Origin: Octopus vulgaris
Taxonomy: Eukaryota
NCBI GenBank assembly: GCA_951406725.2
Contig: OX597830.1
Span: 61,008,001 to 61,072,000 of the forward strand
Direction: 5' to 3'
DNA: 64,000 bases
The stretch's first letter is position 1. Every line of letters begins with the position of its first letter. Positions 25,001-37,760 of the stretch are shown here, in pieces. The position numbers were made by a program, and so were the translations under genes. Below the pieces are notes generated by a model that ran no database searches, was not told where the DNA came from, and saw only the letters and a list, made by a program, of their open reading frames with translations.

Positions 25001-26480
25001 ATGGCCAGTTTACTACCTTCAGCTGTCGATAATGATAATGAAAAGAGTTTTCAAGTTTTGTCCATGTACACAAAATAATATGGACGTAATCTACTCATTC
25101 TGGTTGAGCGGTGTTTTTTTTTTCTTGATCGCGGAGGAATGAAAGATCATTTTAACCTAACGAAGATGAAATTTCAAATCAGACCATAAAAAGGGTGCAA
25201 CTAAATACCTTACGAGTATTTAGTTCCATCCTTTTATTTCAGCAGTTTACCATTTATCATAATACTTCACTTAGCAATGATTTCTAACTTTAGAAATAGC
25301 GATTTTTGTTTACCACTGAGTCTGAAGAGAAAGAGCGGCGTTTATGCTTCTTTTTAGGAGCCCCGAGGTTGTGGGAAATGAACGGAGAGCTGACCTGACA
25401 TAGATGGCCTGGTGGTCTGAATGCTTGTGTCAGAACAGAATCCTCCGAAGGCATTCAAGAGTTAGGCGATGGCTTTTAACCGGGAGACCTTACAAATCAA
25501 CAGAAATATATGATTACCATGTATTTTTTAATACTATAAATGGATGGAAACAATGTGAACATCATTGGGTTTGAATTCAGATTTATAGAAGCAGAACAGA
25601 AATGTATTTTAGTTTTCTAACATTTTTGCCACAGTATTAAAACAGGAATGATATACGAATTAATGTAGTGTTAGATAAACAGTATGTGTGACTAAAAGAT
25701 GGAATGATGACATGTGGAATGTCTTTGAAAATAGGTCTGGTTTGTCTGGGCAGCTGAGACTAAAGAATAACATGTTGATTTCACAATAGAGTTAAGATAT
25801 TTGTATTTATTACGCATTTATGTGTATATTCAAGAATGCGTGTATGTGTGTATATATGTTTGTCTTTTCGTTTATTTTATTCATTTAAAACATTTTATCG
25901 TGTTTTATCATCTTTACCCTTGCACAAATTGATTCAAGCTGTGGAATGTTTGTTGGTCGATTCAGTCCATTATAAGAGAATCCCATATTTTCGAGATAAT
26001 TGTGTAAACATTGTGTTACATAAGATGGTACATCAATGAATGAGTGTGAATGAGCACCTGTAATCAGGGTTAGTGTAGTTCTATGCAATGAAGCTTAAGG
26101 GTATGTGTACCTGTGATCAGGGTACATAACTTACGGCTATGAATATAAATAAGAAGCTATAATTAAAGTAAATAGTTGTAAGATGAAATTGCGCATATCT
26201 ACGTATATTTCTACTGATGTAAGAATAAATGTGTGTGCATAAATGCAGCTTTGTGTGAACAGTAGAGTGGGTAATTATTCAACAGATCTGTTGTGAAGTG
26301 CTGTATTCAATAAGGGTAAGTTTTCGAATCCTAGATTGGCATTCACTTTCAGGGGTGAACTGATGGCTTTACCCGTTGGAGCTAGCATCTTCTGCCAAGC
26401 CGTGTGATATGCAACCATCTCAAACGAAAAACACGTTAGGCATTGTAGTCCCAGGAAGACTGAGGGAAAGAGAGGTCGAG

Positions 26481-26535
<55 letters not shown>

Positions 26536-26676
26536 AGGGAGGAAGAGAGATAAGAATGGTTACAGAAACAGATAAATGCACAGAGAATTTCTGAAGTTCT
26601 GAAGTAGCTAGAGAGAAAGAAATGCGACCTGAGTGAATATTAGAAAGAAACTGTGCGCGCGCGTGTGTTTATATAG

Positions 26677-26751
<75 letters not shown>

Positions 26752-26834
26752 GTCAGTCTGTCTGTCTGTCTGTCTCAGAATTTGACCACATATACGTTGG
26801 AAGTTAGGTATCTAAGTACTTCTACTGTGAGGCA

Positions 26835-28128
26835 TATCTTACTATAATGGGCGTTATGTCCGTCCGTCCGTCCGTCCGTCTGTCTGTCTGTTTGTCTGTC
26901 TGTCAGTCTGTCTCCTCTGTCCGTTCCCTCTTCACGGTCAAACGGCTGGTCAAATGGTCACGATGTTTTCTGGGATTACGAAGGAAGTAATCAGGAAGGT
27001 TTTTAGCGAAAAAATGTGAAAAAGTATGATTATTTAGTGAAAGTCGGTTCCGTATTATCTATTTAATGGATATTGAGTTTTGTATTATTAAATCACTTTT
27101 GATCTTTTTTTGTTAAAATTCCGGCGACGAGGATTAACTCTGGATTTTCCACTCCCTATACAGTCCGTGAACTTAGAGGATTTAGATTTGCGATACTATC
27201 CCTTTGTTTCCCATCGTAGATGGGCAGATCTGCAACCTTACTATAATGGGCGTTATGTCCGTCTGTTTTTCCTTCAGTCCGTCTCTTTGTCTGTTCCCAC
27301 TTCACGGTCAGACGACAGGACCAATGGTTACGATATTTTTCGGGATTACAAAGACGGTCGTCAGGAAGTTTTTTAGCATTAAAAAAAATCAGAAAGTATG
27401 ATTATTTCGTGGATATCGATTTTTGAATTGATAAACCACCTTCGCATTTTTATTAAAAAATCACCGACCACGAGTAACTCTGAATTTTCATCATAAAGTT
27501 CGTGACCCCATAGTAAATACGAAGGGAGTCGCGAGGACGGTAATAGCGAAAATAAAATGGAGAAAGTGTGTATCAGTATATAATGTATGTGATTATTTAG
27601 TGGTTATTGAAGTACGTCAGTCTCGAGCGGGATTCGAAACGACTAATCGAAGCGGATGTTGTTTACATCTCAGTTTTGTCAATCAAAATAACCCATGGTA
27701 CCAGAACATCCAGACATTATTTGCATAAAACAGTCTTAGTTTGATTTTTTGCAACCCTAAAGATTCCGCCCGCGCATTCACGGCAAACAAAACACGGAAA
27801 CAGACTTTAGATCGTGTAGGTGTATTTTTACACACCCCGATATTTACACTCGGCCAGTTATACGTCGCTATGTGTAGAGCAACGGACTCCCGTAATAATG
27901 TCAACCAAACAGAAAATATTGTCGACAAAGAAGTTTTGTAATCATATTGATATTATCGGAAGGAATATGATTCATAATTTGAATAAGGAAATTTGTGAAC
28001 TTTGAACGTATAAGAGTATAAACAAGCGTAAAATAGGGCAAAAAACTGAAATAAAAGTATATCTAAATAACATTTTTTTTCTAAATACTTTTTATGTAGT
28101 GGTCGAAGAAAGCTCTAGCTTTCGTTAG
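26835..28128 (+). mobile_element. Non-autonomous Helitron remnant with duplicated 5' end and Pif1 helicase C-terminal fragment
   Basis: 5' TCTTACTATAAT...(GTCC/GTCT)n, with the ~400-bp 5' part repeated from 27237. 27770-27941 translates to FTANKTRKQTLDRVGVFLHTPIFTLGQLYVAMCRAT...TENIVDKEVL*, matching Pif1 motifs V/VI. There is a 3' hairpin GAAAGCT-CT-AGCTTTC followed by TTAG. Confidence 0.75.
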
Positions 28129-28231
28129 GAGTGGTCCACATATCCATTCATGATGCAGAGGCTGGGAACCTATTTCAGTTCGGGAGGGAATCGTCATCAC
28201 GTTCACTTAGTCGCAAATACATGTCATATAT

Positions 28232-28463
28232 ATCTCTTTACTTCCCACAAGGGGCTAAACACAAAGGGGGGCAAACAAGGACAGACAAACGGATTAAGTC
28301 GATTACATCGACCCCAGTGCGTAACTGGTACTTAATTTATCGACCCCGAAAGGATGAAAGGCAAAGTCGACCTCGGCGGAATTTGAAGCCAGAACGTAAC
28401 GGCAGATAGAATACCGCTCAGCATTTCGCCCGGCGTGCTAACGGTTCTGCCACCTCGCCGCCT
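28232..28463 (-). mobile_element. SINE family A copy
   Basis: Near-complete reverse complement of 1196-1424. Confidence 0.8.
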
Positions 28464-28869
28464 TGCATGTCATATAGCTGCAATAGAATGCTGTATCACC
28501 AACAATAAAGTGATTTACCTTAGACATCACACAGTAATCTATCAAGTCCATCTACACATTTCTCAATACATTTTGCTGTTAAGACGTTCCTCCCTCATTT
28601 TATGCCTCCATCGTTGATGGGTAGATTTGCTAGAAATCATAAAACTGCTCCACGCACCTTTAACAATAACTTCAAATGTTCTACGCTGAGACATAATTAA
28701 TAAGGAACTGATTTAAATGATTAAAAAATCTCCAAACATATGTAAAAATCTCTCTCACACACGGAGTATGCCTGAGTGTGTATGTGTGTGTGTGTACTTG
28801 CAAGCGCATACATACATATTCACAGACACACGTACGCCCCAACACACGTATATATGTATGCATGTAAGT

Positions 28870-28904
<35 letters not shown>

Positions 28905-28942
28905 GCACACACACAATACACACACACACACACACACGCACG

Positions 28943-28988
<46 letters not shown>

Positions 28989-28989
<1 letters not shown>

Positions 28990-30272
28990 TGGGTTGAGGA
29001 ATAATTCATGAGCGTTTTTTTTCATTTAAAAATGCACGCAGAAATAAAACGCGTTGGCAAAATGTTTTATGTTATTTAAAAGAGAATTTTTTGCTCTACA
29101 AAATAGCGTGTTTTGAGTTTTTAATTTTATTGATTTTTGTGTATTTTTAGATCATTAAAATGGAATGTCAAGTGGACAAAACTGAACATTTTCGACACCA
29201 TTAGCTCTTTACATTCAAACGAAGTGTTAAGGCCGCCGAAGCTGCTCGTCAGATTTGGGCTGTGTATGGAGAAGTAGCAATGCCTCTAAGTACTGCCCGC
29301 TGTTGGTTCTCGCGTTTCAAAAATGAGAATCTTGACCTCAAGGAAGGATCACACACCGGTCGACCAATTGAGTTCGATGAAGATCGATTGAATCACCTTC
29401 ACGAAAATCCACACCAAACGACCAGAGAATTGGTGGATGGACAGTGATAAAAAAAAAAACTGTGGTGAACCACCTTCATTCAACGGACAAGGTTTAGAAA
29501 CTCGGCGCTTGGGTGCCACACACTTTGAATGAAAACAACAAAAATTAACGCTCCATGATCGCTGCCAGTTTGTTCGCTCGACATCGCTCAGCACATGGTC
29601 ACAAACAGCGTTTTCTTTACCGTTTTCCTTACTGGCGATGAAAAATGGTGCCATTACGTCAATATGAAGCAGCGAAAAGATTGACTCGGCCCCGAAAAAC
29701 AAGCAACTCTGCGAGCAAAACAAGACCTTCATCCTCGAAAGACCATGCTGGGTGTATGGTTAGACTGGGAAGGCAAAATTCATTACGAACTCCTTGAGCG
29801 CAACCGAACACTCAATGCAGAGATCTAAGTTCAACAACTGCACCGACTCAACGAAGCAATTCAGCAAAAAAGACCGAACTGGCAAAATGGTGTTCTTTTA
29901 CAACACGACAACGCCCGTCCTCACATCGCCAAATATGACCAAAGCCGCGATTCAAGAACTCGAATCGGAAGTGCTGCCTCACTCTCCATACTCTCCAGAC
30001 TTGGCGCCGTCAGATTTTCATCTCTTTCGACCGCTTTCGAATGCTTTGCGCGGTGTATCGTTCAATAATGACGTGGAATTGAGGGTTTGGTTGGGCGAAT
30101 TCTTTGAGTCAAGACCAGGAGATTTCTATCGCCGAGGCATCGAAAAACTTATCGAACGATGGGAGGAAGTCGTAATCAACAACCGAGAGTGTATTATTGA
30201 TTAATTTGTCGTAGTTTTTTTTTTGCTTAAAATATATTTGAAAAAAAAAACACTCATGAATTATTCCTCACC

Positions 30273-30276
<4 letters not shown>
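28989..30276 (+). mobile_element. mariner (Tc1/mariner, DD34D) transposon, near full-length (~1.29 kb)
   Basis: TIRs TTGGGTTGAGGAATAATTCATGAGCGTTTTT / AAAAACACTCATGAATTATTCCTCACCCCAA. TA on the right, CA on the left within a microsatellite. Confidence 0.93.
29160..30204 (+). pseudogene. mariner transposase pseudogene
   Basis: MECQVDK...WFSRFK...GRP, WVPH, TGDEKW, HDNARPH and YSPDLAPSDFHLF motifs, interrupted by stops and frameshifts. Confidence 0.92.
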
Positions 30277-30326
<50 letters not shown>

Positions 30327-30852
30327 CATATGTATGTATGTATACACACACACACATATATTATATATATATATAAAATAATGTGGGAGAGAGACAGCAG
30401 CAAGTTAAAGAAGAGCAATGAGAAATTACCACGTGTTCCCGGAGTGAACCCCAATTCACTAAGCACAGTGTTCTTTCACAATAACCTATTGAATATCATT
30501 TAAAATTCAATATTGTTTCACCACCTCCTCCTTGCCGATTACTACTTGCTAGCAACGATATATACTTCCATTTGCCCCCTACCCCACCACTACATATTAG
30601 TTGGATAGTAATTGCAAGAAATTAATTAGTACTAATTTTATTGTTGTTTGCCGAAGACAATGCAGTATTTATTATATGATATATGCTTCTGTATTTAGTG
30701 GGTATTGTGTAAGTTGAAATATTTAGCAGCTGTTTTCTTGTTTCAATCTATTTAGATGGTGCTACCTTAGCTTCATGTATTTAAAGGGTGATGCCTTGGT
30801 TTCATATATTTAGATGATGCTGTCTTATTTTAAGTGTATTTAGACGGTATTG

Positions 30853-31265
30853 TGATCTTTTCGGTTTGAACGGCATTTTTCAACATAATTTCTAGGTAAC
30901 TAAAAAAGTTTAAACTTCGTATACTGGTAGAATGTGTATATAAAACATATTTTTCTCTTGGCTTTCTTGAGAAAATTCTATAGTTTGTAAGATATTTGTT
31001 GCTTTTTTTCTTCAATTCCTGCTATTTCAACAAATCAGTGACGTCTATTGAGGTAAAAAAAAACATTCTGTGCCGTATGAATATGTCCCTCGTTTAAGAA
31101 ACAGATTGGGCTTATTTACATTTGTGAAGAAAAAAAGATACCCTTCCACCCACCCCTAACTCTAACCCTACAACAGATTGAAATGCAATAGATCGATACT
31201 AGGGTCATAATTATGTGTGACAATTTCATAATTATGTGTGACAATTTCATAATTATGTGTGACAA
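30853..31265. mobile_element. Merlin-like MITE copy, right TIR missing
   Basis: Same body as 21006-21418, ending in three tandem copies of CATAATTATGTGTGACAAT(TT). Confidence 0.75.
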
Positions 31266-31288
31266 TAGACGGTTAAACGGTCTGTATC

Positions 31289-31678
31289 GGGATGGAAGCA
31301 CTCCGTCGGTTACGACGACGAGGGTTCCGGTTGATCCGAATCAACGGAACAGCCTGCTCGTGAAATTAACGTGTAAGTGGCTGAGCACTCCACAGACACG
31401 TGCACCCTTAACGTAGTTCTCGGGGATATTCAGCGTGACACAGAGAGTGACAAGGCCGGCCCCTTGAAATACAGGTACAACAGAAACAGGAAGTAAGAGT
31501 GAGAGAAAGTTGTGGTGAAAGAGTACAGCAGGGATCACCACCATCCCCTGCCGGAGCCTCGTGGAGCTTTTAGGTGTTTTCGCTCAATAAACACTCCCAA
31601 CGCCCGGTCTGGGAATCGAAACCGCGATCCTATGACCGCGAGTCCGCTGCCCTATCCACTGGGCCATTGCGCCTCCAC
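31289..31678 (-). mobile_element. tRNA-derived SINE family B, full-length with 15-bp TSD
   Basis: Head GTGGAGGCGCAATGGCCCAGTGG...GGTTTCGATTCC (A/B boxes); TSD TAAACGGTCTGTATC at 31274 and 31679. Confidence 0.9.
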
Positions 31679-32012
31679 TAAACGGTCTGTATCACAATTG
31701 GATATTGGTGTATGTAAATATGTTTCACTCACTCACTCTATCTCCTTCTCTCTCTACCTATCTGGGGAGGCGCTTGGCTTAATGGTTAGCATGTTGCACT
31801 TATGATCGTAAGATTGCACTTTCGATCCCTGGACTGGGTGATGCATTAATGTTCTTGACCAAACTACTTAATTTCTCATTGACTTCAAACCACTCAATTG
31901 GCAAAAACGAGTAATCTTGCAACGGGCCAGCGTCTCGTCCAGGTGGGAAGTACCAGAATCTGGTAACTGGTCTTATGAGCCTATGGCTCTAGAAGTTCCT
32001 TTGATCCATTTT

Positions 32013-32078
<66 letters not shown>

Positions 32079-32529
32079 TTGTCCAGCTGTCTGCAAAAAT
32101 TGGATAGTTTTAATTTATTTAAATTTATGTTTTGGTTTATACATAGGTTAAGATCTACAAGACTATTTAAATTCCTCAGCAACCTCACTTGGTCTATCAA
32201 GAAATAAGAAGTGACAAACTGGGACTTATTTTATTGATATCAAAATGATGAAAAGCGAACTCAAGATTGGAGAAATTTTAGGAGACAGATTAGTAAACGC
32301 TAATAGACAGACAAATAGACAGAGAGACATATAAACGTAAAGATAGTTTGGTGTGTCATCATTTTTACCAGCACGTCACCCTTGAAGAAAGAAAATAATA
32401 TCAAACTGGTATTTGTTGATGCTCTGATGTCAGGCAAAGAAGTGGCTATAAATATCAGTATATGGAAAACTAATAAGTAGCGAAGTTACACCACTCCTAG
32501 AATGTTAAGAAATGGTATTATTACCATAT

Positions 32530-32690
32530 AGGCGCAGGGACGGTTGTGTGGTAAGAAGTTTGCTCGCTAACTACATGGTTCCGGGTTCAGTCCTACTGTG
32601 TGGCATCTTGGGTAAGTAACTTCTTCTATAGCCTCGACCCGGTCAAAGCCTTGTCAGTGGATATGGTAAACTAAAAGAAGCCCGTAGTAA
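32530..32690 (+). mobile_element. CORE-like SINE family C, 5' part
   Basis: Diverged match to 35118-35280. Confidence 0.65.
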
Positions 32691-32845
32691 GTATTTTATA
32701 AACTTTTGGATTTGCAATCAGTCAGCTTTTTCTTGTTGGCCACTTATTGTATTTATTATTCATTTTACTAATGATAATAATTAATAATAATATCTGTGTA
32801 AATATTTTCTAATATTTATTCATATAATAATAATGATAATAATAA

Positions 32846-32919
<74 letters not shown>

Positions 32920-32994
32920 TATTTATATATATATATGTATATATATATGTATATATATGTATATATATATGTGTACGTGTGTGTGTGTGTGTAA

Positions 32995-33345
32995 GTGGAG
33001 GTGCAATGGCCCAGTGGTTAGGGCAGCGGACTCGTAGTCCTAGGATCGCAGTTTCGATTCCCAGACCGTGTGTTGTGAGTGTTTATTGAGCGATAACACT
33101 TACATTTCCACGAGGCTACGGCAGGGAATGGTGGCGAACCCTGCTGTACTCTTTCAGCACAACTTTCTCTCACTCTTTCTTCCTGTTTCTGTTGTACCTC
33201 TAAATCTCACCATGAACTACGTCAAGGGCACACGCGTCTGTGGAGTGCTCAACCACTTGCACGTTAATTTCACGAACAGGCTGTTCCGTTGATAGGATCA
33301 ACTAGGATCCTCGTTGTCGTAATAGACGTAATAGACGGAGTACTG
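32995..33345 (+). mobile_element. SINE family B, diverged copy
   Basis: Same head and 3' GGATCAAC...CTCGT.GTCGTAA end as 45667-46052, with internal deletions. Confidence 0.85.
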
Positions 33346-33347
33346 TA

Positions 33348-33412
<65 letters not shown>

Positions 33413-33647
33413 TGTATGTATGTATGTCATATATTACTAAATGAAAAAATTTATGGGAGCAATTGGTTCTGAAAACTCACATTTTCGTTGAATGCTCGAA
33501 ATGAGGAGTAGATAGACGGCCGATATCCTTTCTCTGTGTTTACTTGTTCTGTTTTCCATTTTTTTCCTCGTTATGTACTTAACTCGTTTGTTTACGTATT
33601 TCATGTTGTTTGAACCGTTGGTGACATCCTGCACCCATATATGCATG

Positions 33648-33692
<45 letters not shown>

Positions 33693-33736
33693 TGCTATAT
33701 TTTATTTACTATTACATATATATATATATGTATATA

Positions 33737-33781
<45 letters not shown>

Positions 33782-33860
33782 GTATATATATATATGTATA
33801 TATATATGTATATATATGTATATATATATATGTATATATATATGTATATATATATGTTTA

Positions 33861-33911
<51 letters not shown>

Positions 33912-33943
33912 GTATATATATGTATATATATATATATATATAT

Positions 33944-33990
<47 letters not shown>

Positions 33991-34432
33991 GCTGCTAAAT
34001 TTTACTTAAATCATACATTCAGCTTGAAAACGATGTCTATACATTGCAGTAACGTTGTCTAACATAATATTTAAATGTACGACACTCGAGAAATAAGGAC
34101 AGGATGGTAGTGGATAAAAACAGAGCCGACCTGGGGCTAAACAGCAAACAATAACAACAACAAGAACAACAACAGGATCACCAACAACAGCAATAACGAC
34201 ATCAAAAGCAAATATACAAACACACAGATACTTATAAACACGCACGCACATACACGCACACACACACACACACACAACATCAATAACTTCAATAAAAACA
34301 TAACAGGGATAGCAATGACACTACGACGACGACGTCGGCTACCGCCTCCAGCACAACCAACATACCATCCCTACCTCTACCACCACCACCACCACCACTA
34401 CCACCACCACCACCACCACCACCACCACCACC

Positions 34433-34463
<31 letters not shown>

Positions 34464-34977
34464 GGAACAACAATAGTTACATAAACAATACGAATAATAT
34501 CAGCAAATTTCGAAAGAACTAAAAACTTAAAACACAAATATAAATATAACCTTAAAAAACAAGAACAATGGGAAAGAATAAAAAAAAAAAACATTAATAG
34601 AAGCAACGGTGACCCCTAAAGGGTTCCAAGTCTATAGAATTGAAAACAAAATAATTTCAAGTTACACAGTGCAATTACAAATAAACTTGATATTGTTTTT
34701 CAACTGTTGAGTGCAGACATTTACGTAAGTATAGATTCCTCTACCGTTGTAGACCCCTATCTCACTAAACCCCTAACTGTTCCCTGTCATAATGACGCTC
34801 TGTTCGTATTGACTGAACGCTGCGGCCATAGAGCAATAGAAACTTAATTCGCTTCTTAACTTGCTTAAGGTCATTATTGGCTATTTGTATTCGCTGGGAG
34901 GGAAACCTTACAGGGTTCTATAACACCCGCCTAGGGAAGGAAAACATTTTTAGATTTGTTTAACGCTTTAGCATTAG

Positions 34978-35027
<50 letters not shown>

Positions 35028-35033
35028 TAACAA

Positions 35034-35104
<71 letters not shown>

Positions 35105-35117
35105 ATAATAATATATT

Positions 35118-35283
35118 AGGCGCAGGAGTGGCTGTGTGGTAAGTAGCTTGTTTACCAACCACATGGTTCCGGGTTCAGTCCCATTGCGTGGCACCTTGGG
35201 CAAGTGTCTTCTACTATAGCCTTGGGCCGACCAAAGCCTTGTGAGTGGATTTGGTAGACGGAAACTGAAAGAAGCCCGTCGTA

Positions 35284-35377
<94 letters not shown>

Positions 35378-35586
35378 TGTGTGTGTCTGTGTTTGTCCCC
35401 TAGCATAGCTTGACAACCGATGCTGGTGTGTTTATGTCCCCGTTACTTAGCGGTTCGGCAAAAGAGACCGATAGAAAAAGTACTGGGCTTACAAAAGAAT
35501 AAGTCCCGAGATCGAGTTGCTCGATTAAAGGCGGTGCTCTAGCATGGCCGCAGTCAAATGACTGAAACAAGTAAAAGAGTAAAAGA

Positions 35587-35588
<2 letters not shown>
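35118..35588 (+). mobile_element. CORE-like tRNA-derived SINE family C, full-length with internal (TA)n(TG)n
   Basis: A-box TGGCTGTGTGG, B-box GGTTCAGTCCC and CORE-like GTGGCACCTTGGGCAAGTGTCTT. Further copies at 37339-37650, 46605-46770(-), 63769-64000 and about 7320-7450(-). Confidence 0.8.
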
Positions 35589-35639
<51 letters not shown>

Positions 35640-36214
35640 CTGAAGTAAGAAAGTCCCATAAGTTTTGCGATCGATCCCAGCTTATCTGAGAGACTTGCTT
35701 TTCAGTATGGATCCTTTAAAAATTGTTCGAAATCTTTGAAACCAATGTTATTTCCATTGCAATTGAGAAGAATATACTCAACTATTCTCCATTTTTGCTC
35801 TCTTTCTTAACTCGTTCGATCACGCAAACGATAAATACATTGTGGTGCTACATCTCCCATTAATTTTTCAGTTTTCAATGTTTTCATTTAAGAATGGTTT
35901 TGGAAAAAAAAATGAATGTTAAAATTCCCATTCTTATTTCATTTGTAATCAGTGGATCTAAGAAGCAACTCATGAATTTCGAACACTTAAATGAGAATGG
36001 CATTCCCTGATTGAATTTGGCGACATTTGTGTGAAATAAGTTGTAGTTTAGCTACGAACGTTTATTAATGAATCAAAACTAGTCACGACTCGGAAAATAT
36101 CTAAGATTGTTCTCCCTTGTTACGCCCAACATATTTAGGGCTTTTTAAGTTAGTATTAATGTATTTGATACAACTAGAAAGTTAACTGGTAATAAACTAG
36201 GAAGAAACAATATT

Positions 36215-36417
36215 GGTTTCAAATTTTGGCACAAGTCCAGTAATTACGGAGGAAGGGGTAAGTCGATTACATTCGACTGATACTTATTTTATCGACCCCG
36301 AAAAGATGAAAGGCAAAGTCGACCTCGGCGGAATTTGAACTCAGGCCGCAAAGTCGGACGAAATGATGCTGAGCCTTTTGCCCGGCGTGCTAACGATTCC
36401 GCTAGCTTGTTGCCTTC
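36215..36417 (-). mobile_element. SINE family A copy
   Basis: Reverse-complement match to family A. Confidence 0.75.
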
Positions 36418-36733
36418 ACGCAGAAACAATATTAATTGATGACTAATATTGTTTTCAAATATTTTGTTCAGCACTAAAGGCAATTCCGGGTATATTTCGA
36501 TCTGATTAAGATTTAAATACCAAAGCACTGTGGTTACCATATTCGCTGAAGTAGTGAGAAAAGAACTACTAAATTCAAAATATATAAATAAAAAGAGATG
36601 GTTTAGTTGCTTTTTTCTATAAATATATTTGACTTTTTGTGTATTTGTTGTGTTCCGAAAGAATCAAAAACGAAGCACGAGAAAGAGAACTAAAAAGAAA
36701 AAGACAGACAGAAACAGAACAGATATACGGCGA

Positions 36734-37198
36734 GGATCTTTTCGGTTTGACCGGCAGTTTTTAACATAATTTCTAGGTAACTAGAAAATTTTAAACTTCG
36801 TATACTGGTAGAATGTGTTTATAAAACATCTTTTTCTCTTGGCTTTATTGAGAAAATTCTATCGTTTGTAAGATATTTGTTGTTTTTTTTCTTCAATTTC
36901 TGCTATTTCAACCAATCAGTGACGTCTATTCAGGTAAAAAATATTGTGCCGTATGAATATGTCCCTCGTTTTAGAAACAGATTGGGTTTATTTACATTTG
37001 TGAAGAAAAAAAGATACCCTCCCCACACCCCTAACCCTAACCCTAACCCTAACACTAACGCTAACGCTAACTAACGCTAACTAACCCTAACCCTAAAAGA
37101 GAGTGATATGCAATAGATCGATACTAGGGTCATAATTATGGGTGACAATTTCATATGACACCGCTAGAAAAAAAATGCCGTTCAAACCGAAAAGATCC
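36734..37198. mobile_element. Merlin-like MITE, complete, with expanded telomere-type repeat
   Basis: TIRs GGATCTTTTCGGTTTG.../...CAAACCGAAAAGATCC; TSD TACGGCGA/TACGGCTA; (CCCTAA)n plus CGCTAA variants at about 37028-37096. Confidence 0.82.
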
Positions 37199-37306
37199 TA
37201 CGGCTATACATATAATCATATAACATAACAACAGCTTTTATATTAATCATGCTTTCTTTTAATTAATGAAATAAACCAAGTTAAGATATAACGTGTATGT
37301 GTGTAT

Positions 37307-37338
<32 letters not shown>

Positions 37339-37339
<1 letters not shown>

Positions 37340-37650
37340 GGTGTAGTTGTGGCTGTGTGCTTCTCAACCACATGGTTCTGGGTTCAGTCCCACTGTGTAG
37401 CACCTTCGGCAAATGGCTTCTATTGTAGCCTCAGGCCGACCAAAAGCCTTGTGAGTGCATTTGGTAGACGGAAACTGAAAGAAGACCGTCGTATATATAT
37501 AACCAATGTTGGTGTGTTTACGTCCCTGCAAGTTAGCAGTTCAGTAAAAGAGACAGCTGGAATAAGTACCAACCTTACAAAGAATAAGTCCTGGGGTCGA
37601 TCTGTTCGACTACAGGCGGTGCTGCAGTCAAATGACTGAAACAAGTAAAA
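37339..37650 (+). mobile_element. SINE family C copy
   Basis: Diverged match to 35118-35588. Confidence 0.7.
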
Positions 37651-37669
37651 TAATATACCTATATATATT

Positions 37670-37760
<91 letters not shown>

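Noticed and set aside
29794-30204. SETMAR-like domesticated transposase
   Set aside because: The frame has multiple stops and frameshifts, the TIRs are intact and there is no SET exon; it is an ordinary dead mariner.
37028-37096. (CCCTAA)n as a chromosome end or fusion site
   Set aside because: It lies inside a TIR/TSD-bounded MITE, at the same position in other copies.
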